Positions 12,482 to 24,793 of a DNA stretch of 64,000 bases are shown here, piece by piece; positions within the stretch are counted from its first letter, which is position 1; every line of letters starts with the position of its first letter. The position numbers were made by a program, and so were the translations under genes. The stretch covers positions 372,001-436,000 of the forward strand of contig MU058475.1 of assembly GCA_013265495.1 (NCBI GenBank), written 5' to 3'. The notes under the pieces are model-generated. The model did no database searches. It was not told where the DNA came from and saw only the letters and a program-made list of their open reading frames with translations. The DNA comes from Vicugna vicugna (Eukaryota).

Positions 12482-13200
12482 TTAATTTTTTGTTATGATA
12501 AAATGCATATAACTTAAAATTCACCACTGTAACCATTCTTTAAGTGTAAGCTCAGTGGCATTAAGAACATTCACATTGTTGTGCAACCATCACCACCATC
12601 TCTCTCCAGAATGCTTTTATTTTGCAAAACTACAAGTCTGTACCCATCAACTAATAACTCTGGACCCCCACCCCCAGCCCCAGCCCTACTCTGGGACCTG
12701 TGTGGAAGCGGAGTCACACGTATACGTCATTCAGTGACTGGCGCATTCCCCTGAGCCCGATGGTCTCCAGGTTCATCCACGCTGCAGTCCGTGTCAGAAT
12801 TCTCCTCCTTTTTAAGGCTGCGTAATATCCCAGGACGGACACAACGCATTTTGTTTACCCATTTGTCAGCTGATGGGCACTGGGGTTGCCGCCGCCCTTT
12901 GGCTACAGTGAGTAAAGCTGCTGCAAACATCCATATACAGACACGTGTCCAAGCCCCTGTGCTCAGTTACTTCGGGGGTATTCCCCGAAGTGGGACTGCT
13001 GGATCATAGGATAGTTCTGTCTCCTTTTCCAGAGGAAGCTCTGAAATAATGTTTTCCACAACAGCTGCACCATTTTCCATTCCCACCGATAGTGCATGAG
13101 GGTTTCAATTTATCCATATCTTTGCCAATGCTTGTTATTTATTTCATTTTATAAAAAAAAATAGCCATCCTAATGGGTATAAATTTGGGTCTCATAATTT
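12482..13200 (-). mobile_element. L1MB-type 3' end
   Basis: cagtggcattaagaacattcacattgttgtgcaaccatcaccaccatc ... agccatcctaatgggt. Confidence 0.9.
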
Positions 13201-15457
13201 GTGAGTTCGAGCCCAGTACTGGGCTTATGTTTGTATGACAATTATGTTTTTCAAATGACAAATGAATTGCCTCCCGTCTTCACTACGTTACATGTGAAGT
13301 CGTGGGGGACGATGTAATTCCTGCCTCACTGAGGAGGATGCCACGGCTCAGACAGATGAGCCGACTTGCTGAAGGTGAGAAGACTTGAACGTGGCAGTGG
13401 CAGTGGCAGTGGCACGGCTGGCACCGGCTCTCCGGTCACCCTGGCAGCGCTGGCCAGGAGGACACCGCCCACGTGCTCTGGGCTGTGTGGAGTAGGGTCC
13501 TTGCTTTACTGACGAGATAACAAACAGTGAGGTTGAGAGGAGTCCCCAGGCTCTCACCAGGCCACGTAGCACGGGGAGGGCGCCCCCTGTAGTTCGGTCT
13601 CGGGTCCCCGGGCCACATCTGCCCTCTTCTTGGGCTCAGAGCAATCACTTGCTGACTACAGAGAGAAGTGGGATCAAGAAAATTGAGAGGCATGGTCTGG
13701 CCGGCAGTAAAAGGTGCTGGGGAAAAGCAGGGCCATTGAGTGGGGTGCCCCGGCTTCTGTTAGCCACGTGCCAGCTGTCTGTCTCGGAGAGAAGAAACAG
13801 AACCTCTGATCTCTCCTTCCTCATGAGGACAAGGATGGCAGTCACAAAGCCCTTGGGTTTGGAGGACTCACTGTGAACCTCCCAGCGCAGGGCCGGCGTG
13901 CGGCCAGACCAGCGAGCATCTCTTCCTGAGCAGTCCCCATGGGTCAGCCCCAGACCAGCGAGAAGCGGCTGTCCTGTCCTCCGTGGTCCAGGCCGGGAAG
14001 GGAGAAGGGGCTTCTGCGAGGAGTGATTTAGGAGGCCAGCAGCCGCACTCTCCAGTGTCACCGGGCCCGCCACCATCAGTCAGCTTGGCCAAGCGGCGGA
14101 GCCCTGTAAACAGCTGCAGGGGTGACACTGCGGAGGGCTCTGCCTTGGAAAGAAGCTCCCTGCGAAGGACGCTGGATCGCCAGGAAAGTTCATTTACATT
14201 CCAGGCAGGAGGAGAATTTATGTTATTGAAAATAAAGATTTTATGCATTTGTGCATATCTCTCCGAGTATGTGCCTATAAGTAAAATTTATATTCCCCTT
14301 CTGGGTGAATCCCCCCAGCTCAGTCGGCACCCAATCTGGACGGTGGTGATTAACAGTGTCTGGGAACCAACCGAGGGCCCCTCTGAAATATTATTCTTGT
14401 CAGTCTGAGGTTTTAGACTGGAGCCCACTCCTTCCCGTGGAATTACAGCATTCCTATTAGCATGCCGGCTCCAAAATTCTTCTGCCAGCAATGTGCACCT
14501 CCCTCAAGTGCTCCATGGAAATTAGATTTCAGGAGAACAAAAATAGCAGAGTTCTCAGAGGCTGCAGGAGGTGGGATCCCTCTTTGTTCCTCATTTGCCC
14601 GGTAATTAATTTCTTCCCCAGCGTAATTCCAAGGATAAGATTGTGTTCATTAATTTATCGTCCACCTGTTTCTGAGGCTGATTCTGATCGCTTTTTAACG
14701 GGAGACTTTGTATCCAGTGGGGAGATTTAATGTCATCCCAAGAGCTGGCATCTGAGTGCAACGAACCATGCTACCCTGAGTGACTTCCCCAAATGCAAAC
14801 ATGCGGGCTCCCGTGACAGTCACAGCGAGGTCCTGGGTAAGGGGACCCTCTGCTAATCCCAGAGGGCGCCCTGCCCTGCCTCACTCCCCACCCTGGATTT
14901 CTGGAAGATATTCGGGGTCTCCAGGGAGCACCAGATTCCCCATGCCTCCCTTTCCCCCCTTTTCCACCTGAGGCACGTGACTCATAAATGTCTAGAATGT
15001 ATCTGTCTAAAAAACCAGGTCAGAATTAGCCACGAGTATGGGAGACAAACAGATACTTTCTGCAGCGAATCAGATTATCTGGAGCAAATGCGGAGGGTTT
15101 AAAACCACCAGATGAAATCTCACCCATCGCCTCGTTTTCCTCCGTCGGTTATTTTTTATTTAGACACAGGAATTACAGCGTGGGAGCAGTCAGCAAATTA
15201 TATTTAACCCTCGTTTAGATGCACTCTGAATCAGTTTAATGAAATGTGAATACTTTTCTAGATTTACAGGGAAAATAAAAAGAAATTTCAACCAGAAAGA
15301 AAGGCATTTGATGTTTTTTCTGTACCCAGTGGGTGTAACAGCAGGCTATTTTGCCGTCACTAGGGCTACTTTCCTCAGCTATAAATGAGGGGGGAAAGTA
15401 TGGAATTCCAGGCAAGCACAGTTTGGGATTCAGAAGAGCCGTCCATCCTGACATGTA

Positions 15458-15870
15458 GTTATTTATTTAACAGCTATCTATGGAGCCAGCCGCTGCGCCA
15501 GCCCCTGGGGTATCAGCGGTGAACAGACCACACTCCGTCGTAACTAGTGGGAGAAGCTGATACTGAGTTGTCATGACAGATGTGACACTGTCCCTGAGCT
15601 AGGGGCTCGTGAGGGAGGTCTGCCCTAGCTTGGGAGGGCAGGGGAGGCTTCCCTGTGCACAAGACACTCAGCAGAGACCAGAAGGAGGAACATTACTGGA
15701 GGAAAGTGGGTGGAAAAGAACACTCCAGGCAGAGAACAGCATGTGAAAAGGCCCTGTGGCCAGAGGGGACATGAACACATGAAAAGCTTACAGAGGCCAT
15801 GGTAGCAGAAGTGAACAGTGAAGGTGAAGGCAGTGTGTCAAAGGCCTAGAGAGGTGAGTGGGGTTAAGAG
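15458..15870 (-). mobile_element. L2 LINE 3' fragment
   Basis: atttatttaacag tail; ccaggcagagaacagcatgtgaaaaggccctg. Confidence 0.8.
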
Positions 15871-15984
15871 CTGGTTGGGGCTGGACAGAGCAGGGACCCA
15901 AAAGCTAGCACCCTGAGTCTCAAGAAGGCTGAGTGGTTGATTAGATTCTGACCTGAGGCCTGTTAGACTCCAAAGCAAGGCCCC

Positions 15985-16190
15985 CTGGGCTCTTGAATCC
16001 TGGCTCTGCTCTGCAGTCTTTGATGGAAACTGGGCGTGTCCTTTCAGACTTTTGGGGCCTCAGCGTCCTCATCTGTAAAATGGGATAACAGCTCTATCTT
16101 CAGAGGGGTGGGGTGAGGATTAAATGAGTTCATACATCAAGGGGGCTTAGATTAGTGCATGGGACATACAATGCTTGAATATTAATGTTT
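15985..16190 (+). mobile_element. MIR SINE
   Basis: gcctcagcgtcctcatctgtaaaatgggataa ... tgaggattaaatgag. Confidence 0.9.
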
Positions 16191-16227
16191 TCTTCTATCT
16201 TTTTTGTAGTTTTGGAGTTTTTAGGGC

Positions 16228-16364
16228 TTTTTTCCCCACAGAGGAGTGGTAGTTAGGTTTGTTTATATGTATATATATATCTCATAATGGAGGTACTGGG
16301 GACTGAACCCAGGACCTCATGCATACTAAGCACGCCCTCTACCACTGAGCTACACCCTCCCCCC
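16228..16364 (-). mobile_element. tRNA-Ala-derived camelid SINE (Vic-1-like)
   Basis: tggaggtactggggactgaacccaggacctcatgcatactaagcacgccctctaccactgagctacaccctcccc. Confidence 0.9.
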
Positions 16365-18368
16365 GTTCTGTTATTATCAGTAACACGAGTGCCTCCCACC
16401 GGAACACCCTACGTGCTTTCCAGCTCTGATGTTCCAGGTTTCCAAAATTTCTCTGAGATTTTCACAGTGACTCTCACTTTTATGAAATGTGAAGTGACGA
16501 TTTTACGTACAGACGACAGGGCTGTGTTTTGTGCACGTGGACCTACAGGAAACCTCGCGATGGGATGCAAAAAGACCCAGAGAACATGTGCCTGGGGGGA
16601 GGGGAGGGAGGCTGAAGTCGGGCCTTGAGTTTCACCAATACTTACGGAGCAAAAGAAAAGAAACCAGTGAGAGAGGAGAAGGAACTGTCAAGATGGGATT
16701 CGGAGGCTCATCACCCCTAAGTTCAGGAAGGGGGTGATGTTGCAGGAAGTGGGGAGCTTCCAGGAGGGCAGACCTTGGTGATGACTCTCTCAGGGTGAGG
16801 ACACAGGACCAGGATCTGGGGGCCTGCAGCTCATGGGTACCTGGGGTCCTTACAGAGTCACCATGCAAACTGGAAAGACACAGTCCTCAGAAGCCTGAGC
16901 TCCACCTGGAGGAAATTGTCCTAATGTGTGATGTCATTGGGACAAGACGCCTCCTGCCACCGCCTGATGTCCTCCTCGAGGGCCACCCTGTGACCACTGC
17001 CCCTTAGCCTGGGTACTCCTGTACACCTGCACAGAGCACATCTGCCCGATCGGGGCGACCACCCTGCAGACACCCTTTGAGAACACAGCTTTGGAGTCCA
17101 GCCGGCTGGGGACGAGGGGACAGTGAGAGTTCGGGTCTGCTGTTCAGCGATCTGGGTGGTGGTTTGAGGCAGAGGCTGGAGCATCACAATCATATCTGTG
17201 GGCTGGGCAGCAGGAGCCTGCAGAAAGGCATAGAAGGAGAACAGAGAGTCCAAGAGGCGATGCTGGGCGGTGATGGTGAGGACCGGAGCCCCGGGGGCGC
17301 CCTCCTCCAGCTGCGGGCCCTCCATGCATACTGGGCTGTGAGGAGGGGGCTCCAGCCCAGCCTCGTGTTCTCTTAACTTGCTCAGGGAGCGCTCTGTGGA
17401 TGGAGCACAGGCTCATTATTTGCTTTCACATCTGCCTGGAAACAAAACCCCAAGGATGTAAGTGAAAAACAGACAAAGGGCCTCTGGGCAGGCACGCTGG
17501 GAAAGGAGATGAGGTGGGGGTGGCCCGGAAATCTGTCCAGCGCGAACATATATTGAATACTTGGGATGCCGTTTTTCCAAGGTAGACCCTGGTCTATTTG
17601 CAGGAAGATAAGATTCCCGGCCCCGCCTGGAACTGCAGAAGCAGGATCGGCATTTCCCCCACGCTCCCTCCCCTGGCGGTTCTTGGGATGCACAGATTAG
17701 GTGATGCAGGCACTGGGGGGGGGTGGACTGTGGGGGGCAGAAAGGACCTGGCCCCCAGCTGGAAAGACAGTGCCTGGCATAGAAAGGGAACAAGTGACCC
17801 CGAGTACCAGGCAAACCGGGGAGGGGCTCGCAGAGGTGGCACCAATGACACCAAGTCCCACAGCTGGTGGACACAGGGCCTGGAGGTGGTCCCCAGGGCG
17901 CCTGCATCGGAGGGGCATGCACACTTGGCTCTGAGACCAGGGAGCAGAAAGGGGGAGTGAATAAAGGCAGAGGGGCATTTAGAGGGGCTTGCTTGAGGAA
18001 TACAAAGCTGCTCAGCTTGGCAGTCAGAGGGTTTGTCCAGGGACAGGAAGTGGGAGACAAGGCTGAAGTTTCTGCTAAATCATGACAGGTTTTGGGGACT
18101 GATGCTCCTTGCAGCTCGACAGGCCTTGCTGAGAGCCTGCCAAACAAGACATAGTCTCTGTCTTCCCTGAGCCCGCGGTCCTGCAGAGGAGACAGACAGA
18201 CAGACACATGCTTAAGCATCACTCCAAATGAGGATGCAGGAGCAGAGGAGGGTACCAGGGCCCAGGCAGGCGGGGTGGCAGTGCCCTTCTCTGCTCTCCA
18301 GGAGGCAAAACACTCAGGACCTGCCACTTTTCTGTGCTGGGCCCGTGGATCTGGCCTCAGAGGAGGGG

Positions 18369-18582
18369 TGTCCATCTGTCCTGGCTGCCATAATGAAGTC
18401 CCCCTGACTGGGCAGCTCACATAGCAGAGGTCTATTGTCTCACTGTCCTGGAGCCTAGAAGTCCAAGATCAGGGTGTCCGCACGGTTGCTCCTCCTGAGG
18501 GCTGTGAGGGGTGACCTGGTCCAGGACCCTGTCCTTGGCTTGTGGACAGCCATCTTCATCTTCACACGGTGTCCTTCCTGTG
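18369..18582 (-). mobile_element. MLT1C-like MaLR LTR, partial
   Basis: ggctgccataa ... ctggagcctagaagtccaagatcagggtgtc ... atcttcacacgg. Confidence 0.8.
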
Positions 18583-18599
18583 GGAGTCTGAAATACAGA

Positions 18600-19165
18600 G
18601 ATGTGTGGTATTTTAGATGGGGTGGCCAGGAGGAGAATTTTGAGAAAAGGTGACAGCAGTGAGGAGGATGCCCAGGGCGCTCTGATGGGAGAGCGGTGCG
18701 GGCAGAGTGAGCAGGGCGGCGGGGGAGGGGCCGGGGAGAATGTGCCGGTACCCGGGTCAGAATGAAAGGATCCAGGGTCAAAGAGCTAAGCAAGGGGGCT
18801 GGGCCAGCAGTGGTGGGAACGCGGCACCACTCTGAGTGGGATGGGGCGCACCGGACGTCGTGTCTTCCCAGGGTCACTCTCCGGCGTGTGAGGCCGTGGA
18901 GGACGCTGTGCGCAGGCGCAGAGGCAGGGAGCCCGCCTGGCGAGCTCCCGCAGCGGCCCGAGTGGGTGGGGGGCCTTGCTTCAGGACGGTGGTCGTGGTA
19001 CTGGTGGCAGGTGGTCAAATGCTGGATACATTTTGAAGGGGGAGCTAACAGCGTTTGCAGACGGACCAGTTGGGACGTGTGACAGAAAGACAGGCGTCAA
19101 GAATGATTCCCGAGTTCCTGCCTGCGCAGCTGGAGGCGCCGCGGTACCGTTAGCGGGGAAGGCGT
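18600..19165 (-). mobile_element. L2 LINE fragment, CpG-rich
   Basis: gtggtcaaatgctggatacattttgaagg, gtcaagaatgattcc. Confidence 0.8.
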
Positions 19166-19410
19166 GCTGCGGGGTCAGACTCGCTCTTCCCCATCACAGC
19201 ATCACTGAGGCCGAGAGAAGGGGGGCGTTAAGAGGGCCATTCACCCCTCGTGCCGCCCAGGGCCCAAGAGGAGGGTGGCCTGAGGAGAGAGGGACAGGAT
19301 GGGCAACGCGGCTCAGGGGGGGAGGACAGAGGCCCGGTTGGGAGAGTTCGAAAGAGAGCGGAAGAGAGACGTGGGAGGTGGCGTGTGTTGGCGGCTCTTC
19401 TAAGTAGTTT

Positions 19411-19930
19411 TGTAACAGAAAAGAGCAAATCTGACCCCATATTAGATCTGTTCCTTTGGCTCTAACCCTGCGCCCTGTTTTCTAGGCTTAGTCTTGGCTG
19501 GCTCTGCACCTTTTGCAGAAGAATGCAGCCTTTAGCCTGAAATAGACAGGAGAGCCTACTCTCAAGGCTCTGACCTTTAAGGACATTAACACTTTTGCCA
19601 TTATATAAAGATAACAAGTTGCAGAATAGAAAATAACGTTTGTTTTGTTGGAGGTTTTACAGGGACACCATGACCTGACCCACATGCACAGCTGCAAAAA
19701 CAAAGAGTTCCTACAGCAAGAAATTTGCAATAACCAACCACACTCCCTCCCCTTTTTAGTATAAAAGGAGCCTGAATTCTGGCTTCGGGAAGATGGTTCT
19801 CCAAAACATTAGTCTGCCATCTTCTTGGTCTGCCAACTTTCCGAATAAAGTCGCTATACCTTGCCCCAACACCTCGTCTCCCGATTTTTGGCCTGTCGTG
19901 CAGTAAGCAGAACAAGTTTGGACTCGGTAA
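19411..19930 (+). mobile_element. ERV1-class solo LTR (copy 1)
   Basis: Starts tgtaac; TATA (tataaaag ~19760) and AATAAA (~19844); flanked by gttt/gttt; terminal CA missing; homologous to 44854-45391. Confidence 0.9.
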
Positions 19931-20164
19931 GTTTTGCTAGGAAAGGAAGGGGCAAGGTGGGTCAGGAGCTGGAGGAGGAGGTGGGTCAGGAGTGGGTTCC
20001 TTTGCAGGGCTGCTCTGAAAAAATCTACCCATCCATGAGGAAAGACACCACAGATGGGCATCGGGACCAAGATCTCAGGCCAGAAGGAAAGGAGGCGGGG
20101 CCCCAATTTAGATCTGTCAGACTCCGTGTGGTTCTGTCCATTGTGTCTTGGTGGATTTCTTTAG

Positions 20165-20670
20165 AAATCTTCCTACAACCCTATGACCCAGAAATTCCAC
20201 TCCTAGGAACATAATCAAGAGAAATGTATATTTAGGTGCACCAAGAAATACCGAAACGTAACCGTATTTGTAAGAGCACTAAACTGGAAATAACCCAAAT
20301 TCCCACCAGTAGTAAAATGGACAAAGAAATTGTGATCCATTCTCACATTGAGAAGCAGCTAACTACTGCTACTTGCAGCAACATGGATTATAGCCCACAA
20401 ATGGTAAGGCTGAGTTAAAGAAGCAAGAGGCAAACAGTATAACCATATTATTCAATTTATACGTAAGTTGAAAAACTGCCAAAATAAACCAAGGGAGACA
20501 GAAGCCAGAGGAGTGGTTACTTTGGGCGGTGGTCGTGATCCCGAGACTGAGGGGAGGGGGTGGGACATCTGTAATCTTCCATTCCTTCCTCATGATAATG
20601 GTTACATGGCGGTTCACTTTATAAAGGTGCATTGAGATGTACAGTAATAATGTGTCTTTTTAAGAATATT
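20165..20670 (+). mobile_element. Old L1 (L1MC/ME-like) 3' end
   Basis: cctatgacccagaaattccactcctagg, aaactggaaataacccaaat. Confidence 0.85.
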
Positions 20671-20714
20671 TTAAACAGTAATACTTTTTTATTTTACAAA
20701 AAAGGAATCTTTCT

Positions 20715-21370
20715 TATCGTGTATATGTGGAATCTAAAAAAAGGACACAAATGAACTACTTATTATTTATACCTTAGATGATTGATTTCTTGAATATGTG
20801 TGAGCGCATCTGACTGTCCTTTATGATTGGATTACTGCATTCTGTTGATCTTTACTTTGTGGTTGGCTTTATTCCTTTGATAACTATGTAAGTTTAAAAG
20901 GCTGAAAGCTCTAATCTGCTTTTAGAAACAATGATCAGTACACATATGTAAACTAAAAAAAAGTTCATGTATTTACATGCAATATAATGTATATGTGCTG
21001 TCAAATTGTAATAATTATACCCAATAAAACTGAAAAAAATTAAAAATATGTAATACGTATAGTATAAACAGTGAAAGTACAGGAATCATATTCACACGAA
21101 ATACATTTGTGATATTGAGTGTAAAAACCAGGCTACCAAATAATATAAAAACATGTATGTATGCAAAGAAAGTAAACCTGGTAGAAAAAAGTTGGCCAAA
21201 AAGTTAATGTTGATTCTGTTTGGGTAGTGAATTTACGGTTAGTTTTAATTTTATTATGTTTGCTTATCTCTATGTTCCAATTTTTCTATAATTCATACTA
21301 ATGTGGAATATTTCATATCAACATAGCCCAAAATAAAACGAAGAATTCACTCAGAAAAAAAAGAAGAAGA
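20715..21370 (+). mobile_element. L1 3' end with alternative tail and probable 3' transduction
   Basis: TSD aaaaggaatctttct (20700-20714) / aaaagaaatctttct (21371-21385); begins atgtggaatctaaaaaaaggacacaaatgaact; AATAAA at 21332 then A-rich tail. Confidence 0.75.
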
Positions 21371-21429
21371 AAAAGAAATCTTTCTGTAACTGAAAGCCAC
21401 GGAGCTTCCGTTGAGAGCTCCATGAAAGT

Positions 21430-21910
21430 TCTCGATCTCTGGAGGTCCCTGCGGGTGGGCGTGGCTTGGTGCCACAGGCTCCTGTACGTTAAGCCCCGGA
21501 GCTGTCGCGGTCTCAGCGTGCACTCAGGCCATTTTCCGCGCAGCTGTGCCCTGATGGGAGCATCCGGAAGAGAGAACGGGTTTGCTGCTTTGCTATTTTC
21601 TTTTATCTCCTAGGAAAGCGCCCACCCCGCCCCTTCTCCTTCCCGCACCACCGGCACGCATGCGCACGCACACACCTTCTCCCCACACTCCACACAGATG
21701 TTTCAAGTGTGTCTTGGGCCTTAAAGCAGAAATCTGCATTCAGAACCTCGTTTTCATGAGAAGAGCCCTGGAAGGCACGCAGGAGAGGGGCTGGGCTTAT
21801 GTTCCACACTGGGGTAGGGAGCGTGGGTACCTGGCCTTCCCGTCCCCCCTTTACCCCTCCGATTCCTGCCACGCGGAGTCAGGGCGGCGCGAGGAAGCAC
21901 GTCTCCTGCC
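21430..21910. promoter_or_regulatory. Candidate CpG-rich promoter/enhancer
   Basis: Non-repeat CpG-rich stretch with GCCATTTT (21528), CCGGAAG (21564), CCCCGCCCC (21625), CACGCATGCGCA (21655). Confidence 0.4.
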
Positions 21911-23146
21911 GTTTCTAGCTCAACATCAGACGACCTATTGATCTTGCCCTTTGCGTCTTTCTCTTTCATTTTTTTTCTTCTTAATAAATAATGGGTTGTT
22001 TGCCCTGAAAGCGGTTTCTCATGTTTTATTTGTCAAAAGTGTTCCAAGATCAGAACAACATAAACCATAAACTTCAGTCTGCAAAAGAGGGCGTAGTCCC
22101 ATTTCACAGGTGGCAAGTCTGAGGACTGTGACTGGTGACACACTCTTGTTGGGTGATGTACCCTGAAGTTAGACCATAAACCATTGGCGGATGGAGAGCC
22201 GAGAGGACAGAAGATTCTCATACTCCTGATGGATCCACTCAAAGGCTTCAGGCTCTAAGTGAGGGAAGCAGAGGTCCCTGCAGATCCATTCCCGCTTTAT
22301 ACCTCCAGACTCTCTTCCACCCTGGGCCTTCTATTTTTCTCTAGTAAGTCTTCCTACTTCCCTGTGATTAACCTTCTACCCAACTTAATATTTGAGCTGA
22401 AATTAGTGGGAACGTACTTTGGTTCCAATTTTTAAAGGCTACACGTAGATCTGCTCCTCTCTAGAAGGTACTTGTAATGTGACATTAAGGACAGGACTCC
22501 AGCTTATAAGGTAACTGTTAAAAGGAACAAGTAATGGAAAGTTTCCTTTCACATCTCACTCACTTTCGACACATTCTAATTAACTCTGCCGGAAAAATAA
22601 TTGGCTTAGATCTGATCGATCTGATTGATGATCTAAATAACCTTGCCTGAGTGGTTATTTATATTTCAGCTTCTGGTGTTGGGTGAAGCTAGTGTGTGGC
22701 TGGAATGCTAATTGCATGCTCCATAGGGACAAAAATAACACCACAGCCCATCAAATGATATCTACTTACACGCCACCTCCTTGTAATAGGTGCATAGAGA
22801 GCTTTTCAAAAATTCATCTAGCGTGGATGGATTCCTCCAAAGTTCACTCTAAGTTGGTTGTCTGGAACTTGCATCATTTCCCTAAAGAAATGACATTACA
22901 CTTTGTGGTTAACTTGGCCGGTCAGAGGAATAATAGTAGTGAAATCAGCCCTAACGTACCTAAGATAAAGTATTTACAGAACCTGCCAGAGTCGTTGGTC
23001 CTGGGTGACAGATGGCATATAGTTTAGGAGAAGCGACAAGAGGAACCCCTCCCCCCACCACACACACTTTCCGGGCCAGAGACCACCATGTGAGTGTCCA
23101 GAGAGAGCGCAGGCAGAGTGATGCCCAGGACATGTGCTTACCTGAA

Positions 23147-23612
23147 TGTTACTGAAGGCAAGTTCGTGTGCCCAACACACTATGAGGCCAGATGAACTGA
23201 AATGTTGGAGTTTGGAGCAGAGAAAGGTGGATTGCAGGGCCGAGCAAGGAGGACGGGGTGACTCAGGCCCAGGAAAACCCCGAACTTCCCAAAGGGTTTC
23301 AGCAAAGCATATTTAAAGGTAGATAAGGGAGAGGGAGTCACAGGTACGTAATCAGCTCGTGCACAATCCCCTGATTGGTTGATGTCAAGGGAACAGGGCA
23401 TCAACACTATCGACCCCCAGGCGCCAGAAGGTCTGGGGGCCACGATCAGCAAGTAGTTAATTTCTTCCCTTTGGTGGTGGTTTTGTGCATCTGAAAGACT
23501 CAGAAATTATACATGAAATGATATTATCTGGATACTTCGGAGAGGAGCTCCAGCAGAGGACATGGGGGAGGGTCTGGCCCTGGAAGGCCCCACAGGGTCC
23601 TGCTCCGTTACC
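23147..23612 (-). mobile_element. ERV1-class solo LTR (Laurasiatherian MER41-like)
   Basis: tgttactg ... ggagtttggagcagagaaagg ... ggccccacagggtcctgctccgttac; flanks tgaa/tgag. Confidence 0.85.
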
Positions 23613-24282
23613 TGAGCAGGCTGGCAGGAGGCAGAGCCAGGGTGGCCATCAGCACCATGTTGGTGACCCAGCCCAGCTGCCTCCCCAGCCCAGCTACCTC
23701 CCCAGCTGCCAATGGTTGAGAGAGTTTTGAGGAAGAAGAGAGAACAAGTGATGGAGAGGAAATCCAGACATGAAGACTGGTGGATGAGTCAGCATCTGAG
23801 ACTTGACTTAGGGACCAAAGCAAGTTCTGAAGCTGAGTCAAGTAACTAAAAGAGAGTCAAAACCCCTCGGGTGAGCAGACATAAAGGAAGTGGGTTTCAA
23901 ACGGGGTGAGGAAGGCGGGGTGGGTAGAGGGCACAGGGTAGAGCGAATCTAGGCAGGGCTCAGGACAGGCTGGCTACAATCTCTCCTTCCATGTGGGGTC
24001 TTTTCCTTTCCTGTTCTTTAAGGGAGCCATGTTTTGAGCAGCATCTGAAATCCAAGACATTTGTCTTTGGCCTCTGCATTTCTTGCCCTGGTTCACTTTT
24101 CCCCCAATTCCTGGGGTCCCTCTGCACAGACTCTGGGTGATGTGACCCTTGTCACCCTCAGCCCCTGACCCTCTGCCTTCCTGTGAGTCAGACTCTGGGC
24201 TCTCAGTACAGGTGAGCTTCACATGCTAGAGGGAGAAAGTAGCTGATTGGTCCTGATTGTGGAAGAGCTGATCGGTCATCCC

Positions 24283-24503
24283 TGGTAACCCTTCAGGAAA
24301 GGTTTGAACTGGGCAGGGCTACTTACACGCAGACTTTTTTCAATAGTAAATATGATGGTGCTGCACAATCCGAAGTTGATGGGATCCACGGATTTGGAAT
24401 TGCAGATACAGGTGACCTGCGGTTATAAGGGCTGACTCTAACTCATTTTCAACTGCACCGAGGGTCTAGGCCCCCAATCCCCACGTTATTCAATGGTCAA
24501 CTC
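24283..24503. mobile_element. MER8-like Tigger MITE
   Basis: ggtttgaactg...acttacacgcagactttttcaatagtaaa ... ttcaatggtcaact. Confidence 0.8.
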
Positions 24504-24793
24504 TGTCTGTCTGTCTATCTATATGTCTATCTGTCTATCTATTTAGGAGAGACAGAACTATTCTAGGCGCTTTGAACCCGTTCCATTATCAATCTGCACA
24601 ACAAACAAACCAACACAAACAAACTGTGAGTTGGTTTCCTTACGACTCCCATCTTACCAGTGAGAATACCAAGGCCCTGTGCCAGAGAGTTACTGTCTGA
24701 TCCCCCAGACCCACTTGTTCCTCTTCCCCCACGGTGCGCTCCACCCTCGGAGCCAGGTCTATAAGGGCTACATCAGTGGCCTCCATATCCTTG

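Noticed and set aside
13188..13228. Carnivore-SINE-like gtgagttcgagccc motif (possible contamination or transfer)
   Set aside because: Only ~15-35 bp, and partly explained by the end of the adjacent L1MB fragment.
13575..13596. CTCF-like GCGCCCCCTG
   Set aside because: Only half of the core matches; expected by chance in GC-rich DNA.
17416..18420. 334-aa minus-strand ORF
   Set aside because: GC-rich chance ORF that runs through L2 and MLT1 fragments; no recognisable domain.
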